DNA of 64,000 nucleotides from Legionellales bacterium (GTDB lineage Bacteria; Pseudomonadota; Gammaproteobacteria; M30B25): NCBI GenBank assembly GCA_047404175.1, contig JBDOIW010000002.1, positions 22,499 to 86,498 of the forward strand, read 5' to 3'. Shown piece by piece: positions 1 to 9,600 of this stretch (position 1 is its first letter; each line of letters starts with the position of its first letter). The notes under the pieces were generated by a model. It saw only the letters and a program-made list of their open reading frames with translations, ran no database searches and was not told where the DNA came from. The position numbers and the translations under genes were made by a program.

Positions 1-1
1 A

Positions 2-472
2 GTTGGTAAAATGCTTGCTGACGAGCTTTCAATGGAATTTTATGATACAGACTGTGAAATCGAAAAAAGAACAGGTGTTGATCTTGCCTGGATCTTTGAT
101 TTAGAAGGTGAAGATAAGTTCCGTGAGCGCGAAACCAGTGTCATTGAAGACTTGACCCAGAAGCATGGTATTGTACTTGCAACTGGAGGAGGTTCTGTTT
201 TATCAGAAACTAGTCGTCGTTTTTTGTCTGCGCGTGGCTTTGTTATTTTTTTGAGAGCTTCGATTACTCAGCAAATGATTCGAACAGAGCACGAGTCCTC
301 TAGGCGACCCATGCTTTTAGACACAGAGAGTAACAAAGAAGTGGTGCTGCAAGAGATGAAGGCAGCTAGGGATCCATTTTATGAAGAAATCTCTGATTTG
401 ATTTTTGATATGGATGGCATTGCTGTATCCACAGCAGTGAAACAAATTGTTAAGCTACTCCGCTCTATCTGA
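2..472 (+). CDS. aroK: shikimate kinase AroK, 5' end outside the window
   Basis: The frame is open from the window edge. '..VGKMLADEL..DTDCEIEKRTG..IFDLEGEDKFRERE..VLATGGGSV' is the typical AroK core after the P-loop. Confidence 0.85.
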   Translation, partial: VGKMLADELSMEFYDTDCEIEKRTGVDLAWIFDLEGEDKFRERETSVIEDLTQKHGIVLATGGGSVLSETSRRFLSARGFVIFLRASITQQMIRTEHESSRRPMLLDTESNKEVVLQEMKAARDPFYEEISDLIFDMDGIAVSTAVKQIVKLLRSI

Positions 473-602
473 TTCTTTTTTGTCAACAAAATAAGTGTTT
501 GAAATAAGAATCTGTTTGATTTACAATGATGGTAGCATCTTTAGGAAAAGGTGTAATAGCTAATAGGGATTGCCAGTAAAATCTGGTTGCAAGGAGAGCA
601 CA

Positions 603-2147
603 ATGACCATAGCAAGCAACGCTAAGCTACGATTATCGAGTACGCATACTGAGCAAGATGCTCCGCCTCTCAATTGGTTGGATTATTTCGGTCTCAATGA
701 GTCTCCATTTCAAACATCTGCCCGACTCTCAATGTTTTATAATTTGCCTCGCTTACAATCAGTAGTTGATTCCTGTTTGTCTGCAGATACTAGTCATCCC
801 CTTTGCTTGGTAACGGGTATGATTGGTTGTGGTAAGTCAACATTAATGAGGCAAATGCTCTCTCAGATTGATCGTCATGCGCAGGTTTGTGCTGTTAAAG
901 GAGGCGTGACGTATTCGGTTAATGAGTTACTAGAGGCGATGACAGAAGATTTTTGCTTGCCTATTAGTTCTGGAAGAACTATACAGTCTCGTTTGAATCA
1001 GTATTTGTCTTCAATGGATTTAGGGAGACAATATTTTCTAATCATTGATGATGCTCATGATCTTCCTCTTGATACCTTAGCTGCTTTAATGCATTTTTGC
1101 GTGGCAAAATGTACAGATACTGATTTTGTCGTTTGTTTGTTTGGTGAACAATCGTTAACAAGTCGCATTGATAGCTTGATGAACAAGCGTGGAAAGGTGA
1201 ATAACACAAAAGCATTTGATTTGTGTCCTATGTCTCTTGATGAGACGCTGCAGTATTTAAAATTCCGCTGTATGAAGGCTGGCCTTGAAAAAAACTTTCC
1301 TCTTTCAGTGAATGATGTTGCACGTATTCATCGTTTGTCTGGAGGGGTTCCAGGGAGGATTAATCGAGTAGCCCAGCAGGTGATGATTGATATTATGAAG
1401 CGTGAAGTTCAGTGCAATGAAGAAGTCAGTATGACTGCACCTTGGCAAGCTAATCCACTAGATGATGAGGGGTTGGGTTTGCGCTGGTTTGCTGTTTCTT
1501 TATTTGTTGCTCTTGTTTGCTGCACGGTGTGGCTTTTTTATGGCGTTAATACCACACAAGAGTTTGAGTTTGCGTCTTCAAAGCCTGTGGTGTCTAAGGA
1601 CTATATTGCCTATGCTTCGTCGACCAAGAGGCAGCCTGCGTCTTCTAATGTTGGAGTTGTGGCTAAAGCCCCGAAAGAGATCGAAATGGTTGCTTCCTCA
1701 GAGAATAAGGGGCACCCATGGGCTCTAGATAAGGTTTTAAATAGGGTTAATAATGCCGTCATACAATCAATAAGGCCTACTACGGAGCAAGCAAGTGAAA
1801 ATAATAGAATTGTTCATAAAAAGTCTGTAGGCGAATCTAGTAACTTCACTGCTTCATCATCCTTTGCTTCTGCCTTGCAGTCTGGCCAGGGGTATGCCTT
1901 ACAAATTTTAGCAGTCAGAAACCAGTCGAGTATTCCTGCTTCGATTAAGTCATCAGCATCGGATCATGATATTCATGAGGTTGCGATTCAGGTCAATGGA
2001 GAGCCATGGAAAATACTTCTTTTGGGGCATTACCGCTCGCGCAAAGAGGCCGCTGATATCATGAAGCTATTGCCTGCCGAGCTTCAAGATTTTAAACCTT
2101 GGGTGCGTTCTTTAGCGTCGCTTAAAGACGCTCATGTGATCAGGTAA
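603..2147 (+). CDS. ExeA-family AAA ATPase with one TM segment and a C-terminal SPOR domain (DamX-position protein)
   Basis: Walker A 'GMIGCGKST' and Walker B 'FLIIDDAH'. TM segment 'WFAVSLFVALVCCTVWLFYGV'. The C-terminus 'GYALQILAVRNQSSI...WKILLLGHYRSRKEAADIMKLLP' is SPOR-like. I prefer the ATG at 603, which has AAGGAG 6 nt upstream, over the TTG at 570. Confidence 0.7.
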   Translation: MTIASNAKLRLSSTHTEQDAPPLNWLDYFGLNESPFQTSARLSMFYNLPRLQSVVDSCLSADTSHPLCLVTGMIGCGKSTLMRQMLSQIDRHAQVCAVKGGVTYSVNELLEAMTEDFCLPISSGRTIQSRLNQYLSSMDLGRQYFLIIDDAHDLPLDTLAALMHFCVAKCTDTDFVVCLFGEQSLTSRIDSLMNKRGKVNNTKAFDLCPMSLDETLQYLKFRCMKAGLEKNFPLSVNDVARIHRLSGGVPGRINRVAQQVMIDIMKREVQCNEEVSMTAPWQANPLDDEGLGLRWFAVSLFVALVCCTVWLFYGVNTTQEFEFASSKPVVSKDYIAYASSTKRQPASSNVGVVAKAPKEIEMVASSENKGHPWALDKVLNRVNNAVIQSIRPTTEQASENNRIVHKKSVGESSNFTASSSFASALQSGQGYALQILAVRNQSSIPASIKSSASDHDIHEVAIQVNGEPWKILLLGHYRSRKEAADIMKLLPAELQDFKPWVRSLASLKDAHVIR

Positions 2148-2184
2148 TTGCTTCCATTACTTGCTTTATGTCATGATGATGTAA

Positions 2185-2826
2185 ATGAATATTATGAAAG
2201 AGCCAGAAAAGAAACTAATCATTGATAGTGCCGCTGGTGCTTTAGAGCTAATGGTTGCTATGAGACCTTATGCACAATCTTCCGTGGTGGTTTGTCACCC
2301 GCATCCTCTGCATGGAGGCACCATGCATAATAAGGTTGTAACAACGACCATCAAAGCTGGACAAAATCTCGGTATGAATACTGTGAGGTTTAATTTTCGA
2401 GGCGTAGGGGAAAGTAAGGGCGAATATGATCATGGTCAAGGCGAGCAAGATGACCTACGTGCTGTGATACATTGGCTTCAGCAAGAGGCGCCAGGTCTTC
2501 CATTAATATTGGTTGGTTTTTCGTTTGGCAGTTATGTTGCAGCATCTTGTGCCGCTAGTTATAAAGTTCAAGGTTGTATTTCTATTGCCCCAGCGGTAAC
2601 GCGATTTGATTTTAGTCAAGTCGCTCGTGGAGATTTCCCTTGGGTGGTTTTACAGGGATCGCAAGATGAGATTGTTGACTTTTCTTCAGTACAGTCTTGG
2701 TATTCTAAGCTCTCTGAGCCAAAGCAATGGGTTGAGTTTGAAGGGGGTGGGCATTTCTTTCATGGTCAGTTGGTAGCTCTGCGCCATACTTTAGAGCGTA
2801 GCATGGAGTCCATGGGCCAGCTCTAG
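2185..2826 (+). CDS. alpha/beta-fold hydrolase, function unknown
   Basis: 'CHPHPLHGGTMHNKVV', 'FNFRGVGESKGEYD' and the nucleophile elbow 'GFSFGS', with a late 'D..V' and 'GGGHFF'. About 210 aa. Confidence 0.65.
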   Translation: MNIMKEPEKKLIIDSAAGALELMVAMRPYAQSSVVVCHPHPLHGGTMHNKVVTTTIKAGQNLGMNTVRFNFRGVGESKGEYDHGQGEQDDLRAVIHWLQQEAPGLPLILVGFSFGSYVAASCAASYKVQGCISIAPAVTRFDFSQVARGDFPWVVLQGSQDEIVDFSSVQSWYSKLSEPKQWVEFEGGGHFFHGQLVALRHTLERSMESMGQL

Positions 2827-2855
2827 TGATTTATCCCATAAATATGACTTTTCAC

Positions 2856-2897
2856 TTGACAGATGAGGGAAATAAGATGATAATGAGAATCATTCTC
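2856..2897 (+). promoter_or_regulatory. sigma70-like promoter with an overlapping Fur box upstream of feoA
   Basis: TTGACA (2856-2861), a 17-nt spacer, then GATAAT (2879-2884). GATAATGAGAATCATTCTC (2879-2897) matches the 19-bp Fur consensus GATAATGATAATCATTATC at 17/19 and is itself palindromic. It lies 16 nt before the feoA ATG. Confidence 0.65.
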
Positions 2898-2913
2898 ATT
2901 TGCTTATTTGCCT

Positions 2914-3159
2914 ATGACTACGCAGACAAAATCTATACAGCCAGGGCTCAAAGGCCGTATTTCTGGTTTTGCGGGGCAAAGGAGTCGTGTTCAGGCAAGT
3001 TTGTACAAGCGCCTTTATACTTTAGGATTAAGGCCTGGAGCAGAGTTTGAAGTTATTCAGTTGGCGCCTCTTGGTGACCCTATTCAAATCAAAGTGCAAG
3101 GATTGCTTATTGGGCTCAGGAGACTTGAGCTCGAGACCTTACAGTTTGAGCTTGTATGA
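2914..3159 (+). CDS. feoA: ferrous iron transport protein FeoA
   Basis: 'LYTLGLRPGAEFEVIQLAPLGDPIQIKVQGLLIGLRRLELETL' is the FeoA SH3-like motif. Its stop overlaps the feoB ATG (ATGA). Confidence 0.8.
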   Translation: MTTQTKSIQPGLKGRISGFAGQRSRVQASLYKRLYTLGLRPGAEFEVIQLAPLGDPIQIKVQGLLIGLRRLELETLQFELV

Positions 3160-5369
3160 ACCAACCTTCTATTGCTTTACTCGGTCACCCTAATGTGGGT
3201 AAGTCTACTTTATTTAATGCCCTTACTGGTGGACATGCAAAAGTAGGCAATTGGTCTGGCGTTACTGTTGATGTAAAGCAAGGGATGTGTCATTCTCCAC
3301 TTTACGCATCATCTGTATTCGATTTGCCAGGTATTGTCTCATTGACACATCAAGACGGTGCTTCTGGTAGCGATGAGGCGATGGTTTATCCCTTTATCCA
3401 AGAAAATAAACCATCCCTTATTATCAACGTGGTTGATGCCTGTCACTTAGAAACACAGCTTTACTTAACCATGCAGTTACGAGAGATTGGGATCCCAATG
3501 ATCGTGGTACTAACGATGCTGGATCAAGCGGCTAAGCAGAAACGCAGAATTTCTGTTGATGGTCTAAGTAATAGTCTTGATGTGCCTGTGATTCCTGTCA
3601 ATAATGCAGACTATAAAAGTATGCATGCCTTACTTGGGCAAATTGATTGTTGTATGAATAAGCCTGCTTCTTCCTCTCCTGTTGTGTACCCAGACATTGT
3701 TGAGCAGGCCATTGATGCCTTATGTCAATCAGAGTGTCAACAGCCTCGCTGGGAAGCCATTCAGTGTTTATCGGGAGATAAGCATCGTTGTGATTGTTTG
3801 AGTACTGAGCAGCAACAATTACTACAAACTTGGCAGTCAGCTTGTGGAGCAAAACTAGGTCACGAAATTGATTTATTGATTGCTGACACACTATTTACTT
3901 GGATTCATGATCAATTACATGCTTTGGTTTCAAGTAAGGGGGATGTTGACAAGCTTACAACCGCTATTGATCGTTTTGTGTTGCATCGCTACTGGGGGAT
4001 TCCTTTTTTCTTTTTGGTACTTTATGGCATGTTTTTGTTTTCCATCGATTGGATGGGCCAATTACAGGATGGTGTTGATTTGTTGACAGAATGGGTGTTT
4101 GTGGATGGATTAGCTTATTGGCTGCATCAGCTAGGGGCTAATGACTTCATCACAACCTTACTTGCACATGGTCTTGGGCGCGGAATCAATACCACCTTGA
4201 CATTTGTACCAGTTTTGGTTGGTATTTATGCTTATCTTGCTATTTTAGAGGGCAGTGGCTACATGCCAAGAGCTGCTTTTGTGATGGACCGTTTGATGAC
4301 TTCACTTGGGCTGCCTGGCCAAGCATTTGTTCCATTAATTATTGGTTTTGGTTGTAATGTACCTGCAGTTATGGCAACCCGAACACTCAACTCCTTACGA
4401 GATAGGTTTATTACTGCCATGATGGTACCTTTTATGTCTTGTAGCGCGAGGCTGGCTATCTTTTCCGTCTTTGCTGCTGCATTTTTCCCTCGTGGCGGCG
4501 GCCATATGATTTTTTTACTTTATTGTTTAGGTGTTTCTGCTGCAGTCCTCACCGGCTATTTATTAAGACGCTTGATGCCTAAATCAGAAAAAACACCTTT
4601 AGTGATGACATTGCCAAGTTACCATTGCCCTAAATTTTCGGTTGTACTTCAGCAGGTTCGCTGGCGTGTTTGGGGTTTTTTACGTCGTTGTGGTAAGATT
4701 ATCATTCCTTTAAGTATGGTTTTAAGTCTTTTGACGATGCCTAGCTTAAATCATTCAACAAGTATTCTAAAGTCATTAGGCCAGAACATGACGCAAGTTT
4801 TAAAGCCTATGGGAATTGATGAAGATAATTGGCCTGCATCCATTGGGCTTGTTAGTGGTATTTTAGCGAAGGAAGTGGTGATCGGTACCCTCAATACTCT
4901 TTATGCCCATCCAGATAGTTGGGCGCAAGTACCTACTAAATCCATGATGCAAGAAAAAAAGCAGGAGGTTATGGCTGCTTTTTCCCTCTCAAATCAAACA
5001 TCACCGGTATTTGACGACTCTGATAGTGCGATGAGGCATCTTTCTCATTACTTTCACTCCCAGGCTAGTGTTTTAGCTTATTTGATTTTTATACTGCTTT
5101 ATTTTCCATGTGTTTCGACATTTGCAGTACTTGTAAGGGAGGTGTCGAAAACATGGGCAATTATCTCTGTTTCTTGGGCTACCTGCTTGGCTTATATTGT
5201 TGCAGTGCTGGTCTTTCAGGGATTTACATGGGCCCAGCACCCAGGAGTAACACTTTTATGGTTTGTCGTAGCACTGTGCTGTATTGGAATAGTTGACTAT
5301 TTAGTGGCTCAATTATCTCGATCTAGTTGGGTCCAGTTAGAAGGAGACATCCATGCTGGAGACCATTAA
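3156..5369 (+). CDS. feoB: ferrous iron transporter FeoB
   Basis: N-terminal G-domain 'LLGHPNVGKSTLFNALTG' and 'DLPG', followed by a large polytopic membrane domain. 737 aa. Confidence 0.95.
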   Translation: MNQPSIALLGHPNVGKSTLFNALTGGHAKVGNWSGVTVDVKQGMCHSPLYASSVFDLPGIVSLTHQDGASGSDEAMVYPFIQENKPSLIINVVDACHLETQLYLTMQLREIGIPMIVVLTMLDQAAKQKRRISVDGLSNSLDVPVIPVNNADYKSMHALLGQIDCCMNKPASSSPVVYPDIVEQAIDALCQSECQQPRWEAIQCLSGDKHRCDCLSTEQQQLLQTWQSACGAKLGHEIDLLIADTLFTWIHDQLHALVSSKGDVDKLTTAIDRFVLHRYWGIPFFFLVLYGMFLFSIDWMGQLQDGVDLLTEWVFVDGLAYWLHQLGANDFITTLLAHGLGRGINTTLTFVPVLVGIYAYLAILEGSGYMPRAAFVMDRLMTSLGLPGQAFVPLIIGFGCNVPAVMATRTLNSLRDRFITAMMVPFMSCSARLAIFSVFAAAFFPRGGGHMIFLLYCLGVSAAVLTGYLLRRLMPKSEKTPLVMTLPSYHCPKFSVVLQQVRWRVWGFLRRCGKIIIPLSMVLSLLTMPSLNHSTSILKSLGQNMTQVLKPMGIDEDNWPASIGLVSGILAKEVVIGTLNTLYAHPDSWAQVPTKSMMQEKKQEVMAAFSLSNQTSPVFDDSDSAMRHLSHYFHSQASVLAYLIFILLYFPCVSTFAVLVREVSKTWAIISVSWATCLAYIVAVLVFQGFTWAQHPGVTLLWFVVALCCIGIVDYLVAQLSRSSWVQLEGDIHAGDH

Positions 5370-5595
5370 GCAAGTACTTATTACTCACCATGCAATGACG
5401 GCTGCAGAATTATCGATTAGGTCGCAAATTCCTGCTGGATTACTCCAGCCAATGTTGGATCGTCTAAGGGCAAAGCAGTATGTTGCAATTGAAGAAGCTC
5501 GTCCATGCGCAGGCTGTGATTTATCTTGCTCTGTCTGCGATAAGATGGTTTTATATCGACTTTGCAAAGATAAATGGCCAACTGTTATAGAATAA
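5353..5595 (+). CDS. feoC: FeoC-like winged-helix protein with a Cys cluster
   Basis: It overlaps the feoB end. 'ELSIRSQIPAGLLQPMLDRLRAKQYV' is wHTH-like and 'CAGCDLSCSVC' is a Cys cluster. About 80 aa. Confidence 0.7.
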   Translation: MLETIKQVLITHHAMTAAELSIRSQIPAGLLQPMLDRLRAKQYVAIEEARPCAGCDLSCSVCDKMVLYRLCKDKWPTVIE

Positions 5596-5695
5596 CTTTT
5601 TAATTTATTTAAGACAGTGTTAATATTAATGGCGTAGTATAGATATTATTTGCGCATGTATAAGCATAGGAAAAAATCAGGGAGATATAAGTATC

Positions 5696-6577
5696 ATGAG
5701 CGACCAAAAGATTAATGTAGATATGAATGACCTAAATACAGATGCTTCTGATACGTTGAGTGTAGAGGCGGTTATTTCTGATCCAGTGGGATTAGACCCT
5801 CTGTTTGGCAGTGTTCCAGATCAAATTAAGTTACCTATCGACATTGAATCTGGTGTTTTAGTTGATTATGAAAAGCGTCATCCATACCTTGTGATCGAAA
5901 AATCTGGCTTTTACCCTAATTCTTTACCTAAAAAAACATCCCATATTTCTGTTGAAAACGGATGGGAAATCACGCAATTAGGAAAAGAAATACTAGCAAT
6001 GTCTGCAGGTGAAGCTTCATGGGTTGACTATGCTAGTACTGAGGCTAGCCTGGGGCAAATTCAGCCTGTTATTATTGATAAAAAAGAGCAAGTGCTTCCT
6101 TACTTTGTCATGAAGGGGCAGCCGTGTCAGGTACAATCACTTTTAGGGGAAGGCTCTACTCTAAGTATTCCCTCTTTGGATTGGTCTTTCCACTTTGAGG
6201 GAAGTAGTTTATCTCCCGAATGGACACCATCTAAACCAGGAATACATGAGATTTTAGATGACAAGGGGAAAAAGATAGGTGATATGAGGGTTTGTGAACC
6301 TAAAACTTTACCTCCTAAACAAGGTACTGTTCAAGCTCAGGCAGATAAAACGATTGATGTAATGGTTGCAAAAGCACATGAATTAGGCTGGGAAGAGATA
6401 CGCGTACGTTGTGGAGATGTGCGAAGTCTCTTTTCACTATGGGTAGCGGGAAAACAACAAGGTGTCCCGGTAAATAATGAGGATGTGGATTATAATCCTT
6501 ACTATGATATAAAGTTAGAGATCATAGCTGCTCAAATCGCAGATGATCAGACTAGCTTAAAGAAAACAAAACGATAA
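5696..6577 (+). CDS. hypothetical protein (orphan), first gene of a two-gene unit with the CE-clan protease
   Basis: Long ORF with GGGAG 8 nt upstream of the ATG. Acidic N-terminus and no signal peptide. The C-terminal 'DVMVAKAHELGWEEIRVRCGDVRSLFSLWVAGKQQGVPV' vaguely resembles small LPD7-type modules, which I could not verify. Confidence 0.6.
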   Translation: MSDQKINVDMNDLNTDASDTLSVEAVISDPVGLDPLFGSVPDQIKLPIDIESGVLVDYEKRHPYLVIEKSGFYPNSLPKKTSHISVENGWEITQLGKEILAMSAGEASWVDYASTEASLGQIQPVIIDKKEQVLPYFVMKGQPCQVQSLLGEGSTLSIPSLDWSFHFEGSSLSPEWTPSKPGIHEILDDKGKKIGDMRVCEPKTLPPKQGTVQAQADKTIDVMVAKAHELGWEEIRVRCGDVRSLFSLWVAGKQQGVPVNNEDVDYNPYYDIKLEIIAAQIADDQTSLKKTKR

Positions 6578-6606
6578 TTAATATATAAAGATTGTGGGGG
6601 TTAATT

Positions 6607-9600
6607 ATGAGTGACACTGGATTCAGCCAGCAAGGTGATGCTGGCGCTGTAATACCTTTTACACAACAATCTAACTACAAGATTAGTTGGGCGCGTGAGT
6701 TATCCAACGCATTTCCTCTTACCTTTCTGTTTAGGCTAAAGATGGTGTCTCTTGTGATTGGAGAAAAGAGCTATACACCCAGCGCAAAAAAAAATCAGGT
6801 GGGACATTTCAGCTTGTCTAACTTTGTTATTAATATTTTACTTCTACCTTTTGTTCCACTCTTCATGGTTTATAAGCTATGCTGTGCACCAAAAGCCTAC
6901 AGGACTTACCAGTCTTTACAAAAACAATCTAATAATAAAGGCAGTGGGGGCTCTACTGAGGATCGTAGCAATGATCCTTATGCTAATCATTGGGTAGACT
7001 GTATGAATTATCTATTCCACAGGATGAGTACGGCGCTTCCCAGTGGTGATGTTGTGGGTAAGGTTACGATTAGTATTGTGATTTGCTTACCGTTGATCAT
7101 TGCCGCCTTCTTTACTTCTTTTTTGTGGGTACCTTTTATCTCGTCACGACGATTAACATTATATGAGAATAAAACTGAGCATCTAACTAAGCAATCAATA
7201 GATGGTTCTGGTACGAACTCGTCCAAGTCTTCCAGGGGGCAACCTGCACCACCTAGTAGCTTTATAGGTCAAGGTATGACTGTAGATCAAAATCTGCTTA
7301 CAGGGATTGCGGAATCAATTTTGGAAGATGGTTGTTGCATTAACAAATTAGCCTCACAATTTAAATTATTCACACAGAATGATGATGTAGTCTCACAGAA
7401 CTGTCCAGAGAAAACGTTGCGTGAATTATTCAAAAAGGTGTATGCGAAGCACTGTCAAGAAAAGATGCAGACTTTTGTTAACAGTTCTGTTGTCATAGAT
7501 AAGCTCAATTCATTCCAAGAATATTGGCGAAATTTCAAAGATGAGCATATGTCTTCTGATGTAGAAAGAAACGTTTTTGGTTGGATAGAGAATCGTTTTA
7601 AGGAAGCTTTTATCGAGCACTGTCAAGAAAAGACGCTTACTTTTGCTAAGGATGCTTTTGATGGCTCAGATAAGCTCAGGTCATACCAAGAATATTGGCT
7701 CAAATTCAAAGATGAGCATGTGATTTCTGGTGTAGAACCTGATTTTCTTGATATTATGCAGAAAGATTTGAAGCGGTATTATGTTCAAGCTTTAGAGGCT
7801 CGTTTTAAAACTATGGATCAAGCGCCTCTCTTTGAACAAAAGCTCAAGTCATTCTCCTCGATGAAGCAAATCTTCTTATCAGCCTGTATAGATAGGGATA
7901 CTAGTTGTGTCACCGACGATAAAGAGATTAATGCTTCTGTGGATAGTCTTGTTAAACCTGTCTATGTAGCAGCGTTAGGCAAGAAGCTTACAGGCTTTAA
8001 GATGACTTTTTCTTGGCAGGTTGACGGTAAGATCCGCACCTTAAATGAAGCAGTTGCTAAGTTCAAAGAAGATCATCTTGAGGAAGATGCTCATGAAGGC
8101 AAACGCATTGATGACTGGTTCAATAAAGAATGCAAAGTAATCTACGAGGCTGAGATAAAACAAAAGCTAGATGATTTCCTTGAGGCAAAAGGTTTTCAGT
8201 CCAAATCCTTTGATTCTTTTACTAAGTCGTTTATGGCGGAATGCTTTGAGGACTGTTCAAAAGTTAGTTCACAAACACAAAAATACATAGATCAATGCCT
8301 TGAGGATAAGTATCAAAGCCTTGTATTGAATACTATTGAGGATATTGCATCTTCATATGATAAAGGGACTTTATCATATGAAAATGCAATGAAGTCGTTT
8401 CAAGGTGCCTTTTCTGAGGACCTTAAATCTTCAATTGCTAAATCTCTTCGCCGTAGCTTTGAAGATAGAGTCGAGAAGGTGCGCCAAAAAAATTATCGGA
8501 AACTTTTGTTGCCTTTTCTGAAGGAACATAAGCCTCTTACGTGGCAAAATGTTAAGAGTAGTTCGCTGTATGAGCAGTATATAAAGGACAAACATTTTAA
8601 GAACTATGTAGAAAGATTGAGTCATGAAGGCTGGACATTGGCCAAGTATGAGTATAAAAATTCAGATAATTATAGCCTTGGTGCCGATAACCCGATAGGT
8701 GATCAACTTACGCCAGAAGAGGTGACGCAAGGAATCCTTTCTCATTTGCAATATCTCCCAGAAGATCAGCAGAATCAAGTTGTATTATTACCTTTTTACG
8801 GTGAAGCACACGATATAGAATTAACGTTAGAAAAAATTAAGCAGTCCATTCAGGCTGGTTTTATTTATGTTATTCCTCGTCGTGTCGGGGCTCACTGGAC
8901 TTCTATTGTTGTTGATACTAGAACAGATTCAGAGATCTGTGGTATTTATCATAGTAACTCGATGAACGGAGGGTTAAATCGTGAAGAAACGCAGATATGG
9001 AGTGAAATATGGGGTAAAATAGCTAGCTCCCTACTACCTGGTCATAATCATAGTGAGTTTCATCTTAATGTTCAGTCTAAAGATAATCGTTGTGGTGATT
9101 GGACAGTTTGGCAGACTCAAATTTTATTACAGTGTTTATTGGATAGTAAAAAACCCACTAAAGAATATATGCAGGAAGCTATAAGAAACCATCAAAGTAT
9201 GGATGGATTTGCTCCAATGGATCCTATTGTTGCTATGAGGGGAGTTTTGAGTGCCCCGAGTCATTTTATACGTAAAGTCATGTATTATCAGCATAAAAAA
9301 CTTTACATGGATGGTTGTGGTATGGATGCAGAAGATAAAGTTAAGCTTCCTCATATACATGCGCGTCTAAAAACTGTTGCAAGGAGATTATTAAATCCAA
9401 CAACAACAGCGTTGGCCATACAAGAAATTTTTGCCCTTAAATCAGTAGGTATTGATTTTACCAGTGCTATTAATAAAGTGAATGAAAAAGCTATTTATGA
9501 CAAATCCATGGGAATAACAGATTCGGATACAGACCTTGTTTTTCATATGGCGGGAACTGATGAGAAAAAGAAATTAGAAAACTTTAAGGATGTATTACAC

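Noticed and set aside
570-602. Upstream-extended ORF starts from the six-frame track (570, 6592, 12695, 27930, 35899, 47793, 49300, 60149, 19489).
   Set aside because: In each case an internal ATG or TTG with a better Shine-Dalgarno matches the conserved N-terminus of the family, or gives a proper lipoprotein signal (lpoA). Several of the extensions would run into the preceding gene.
2826-3050. 74-aa ORF spanning the feo promoter/Fur box and the 5' part of feoA.
   Set aside because: It overlaps feoA in another frame and covers the regulatory region. It has no RBS and its sequence looks implausible.
5600-5627. Two TTAAT(T/A)T(A/T) boxes (5600 and 5620) upstream of the 293-aa orphan, considered as a PmrA-type effector-regulon site.
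   Set aside because: As I recall it, the Legionella/Coxiella PmrA element is a tandem repeat with about 11-bp periodicity. These boxes are 20 bp apart in AT-rich DNA. I found no similar pair upstream of the other orphan genes.
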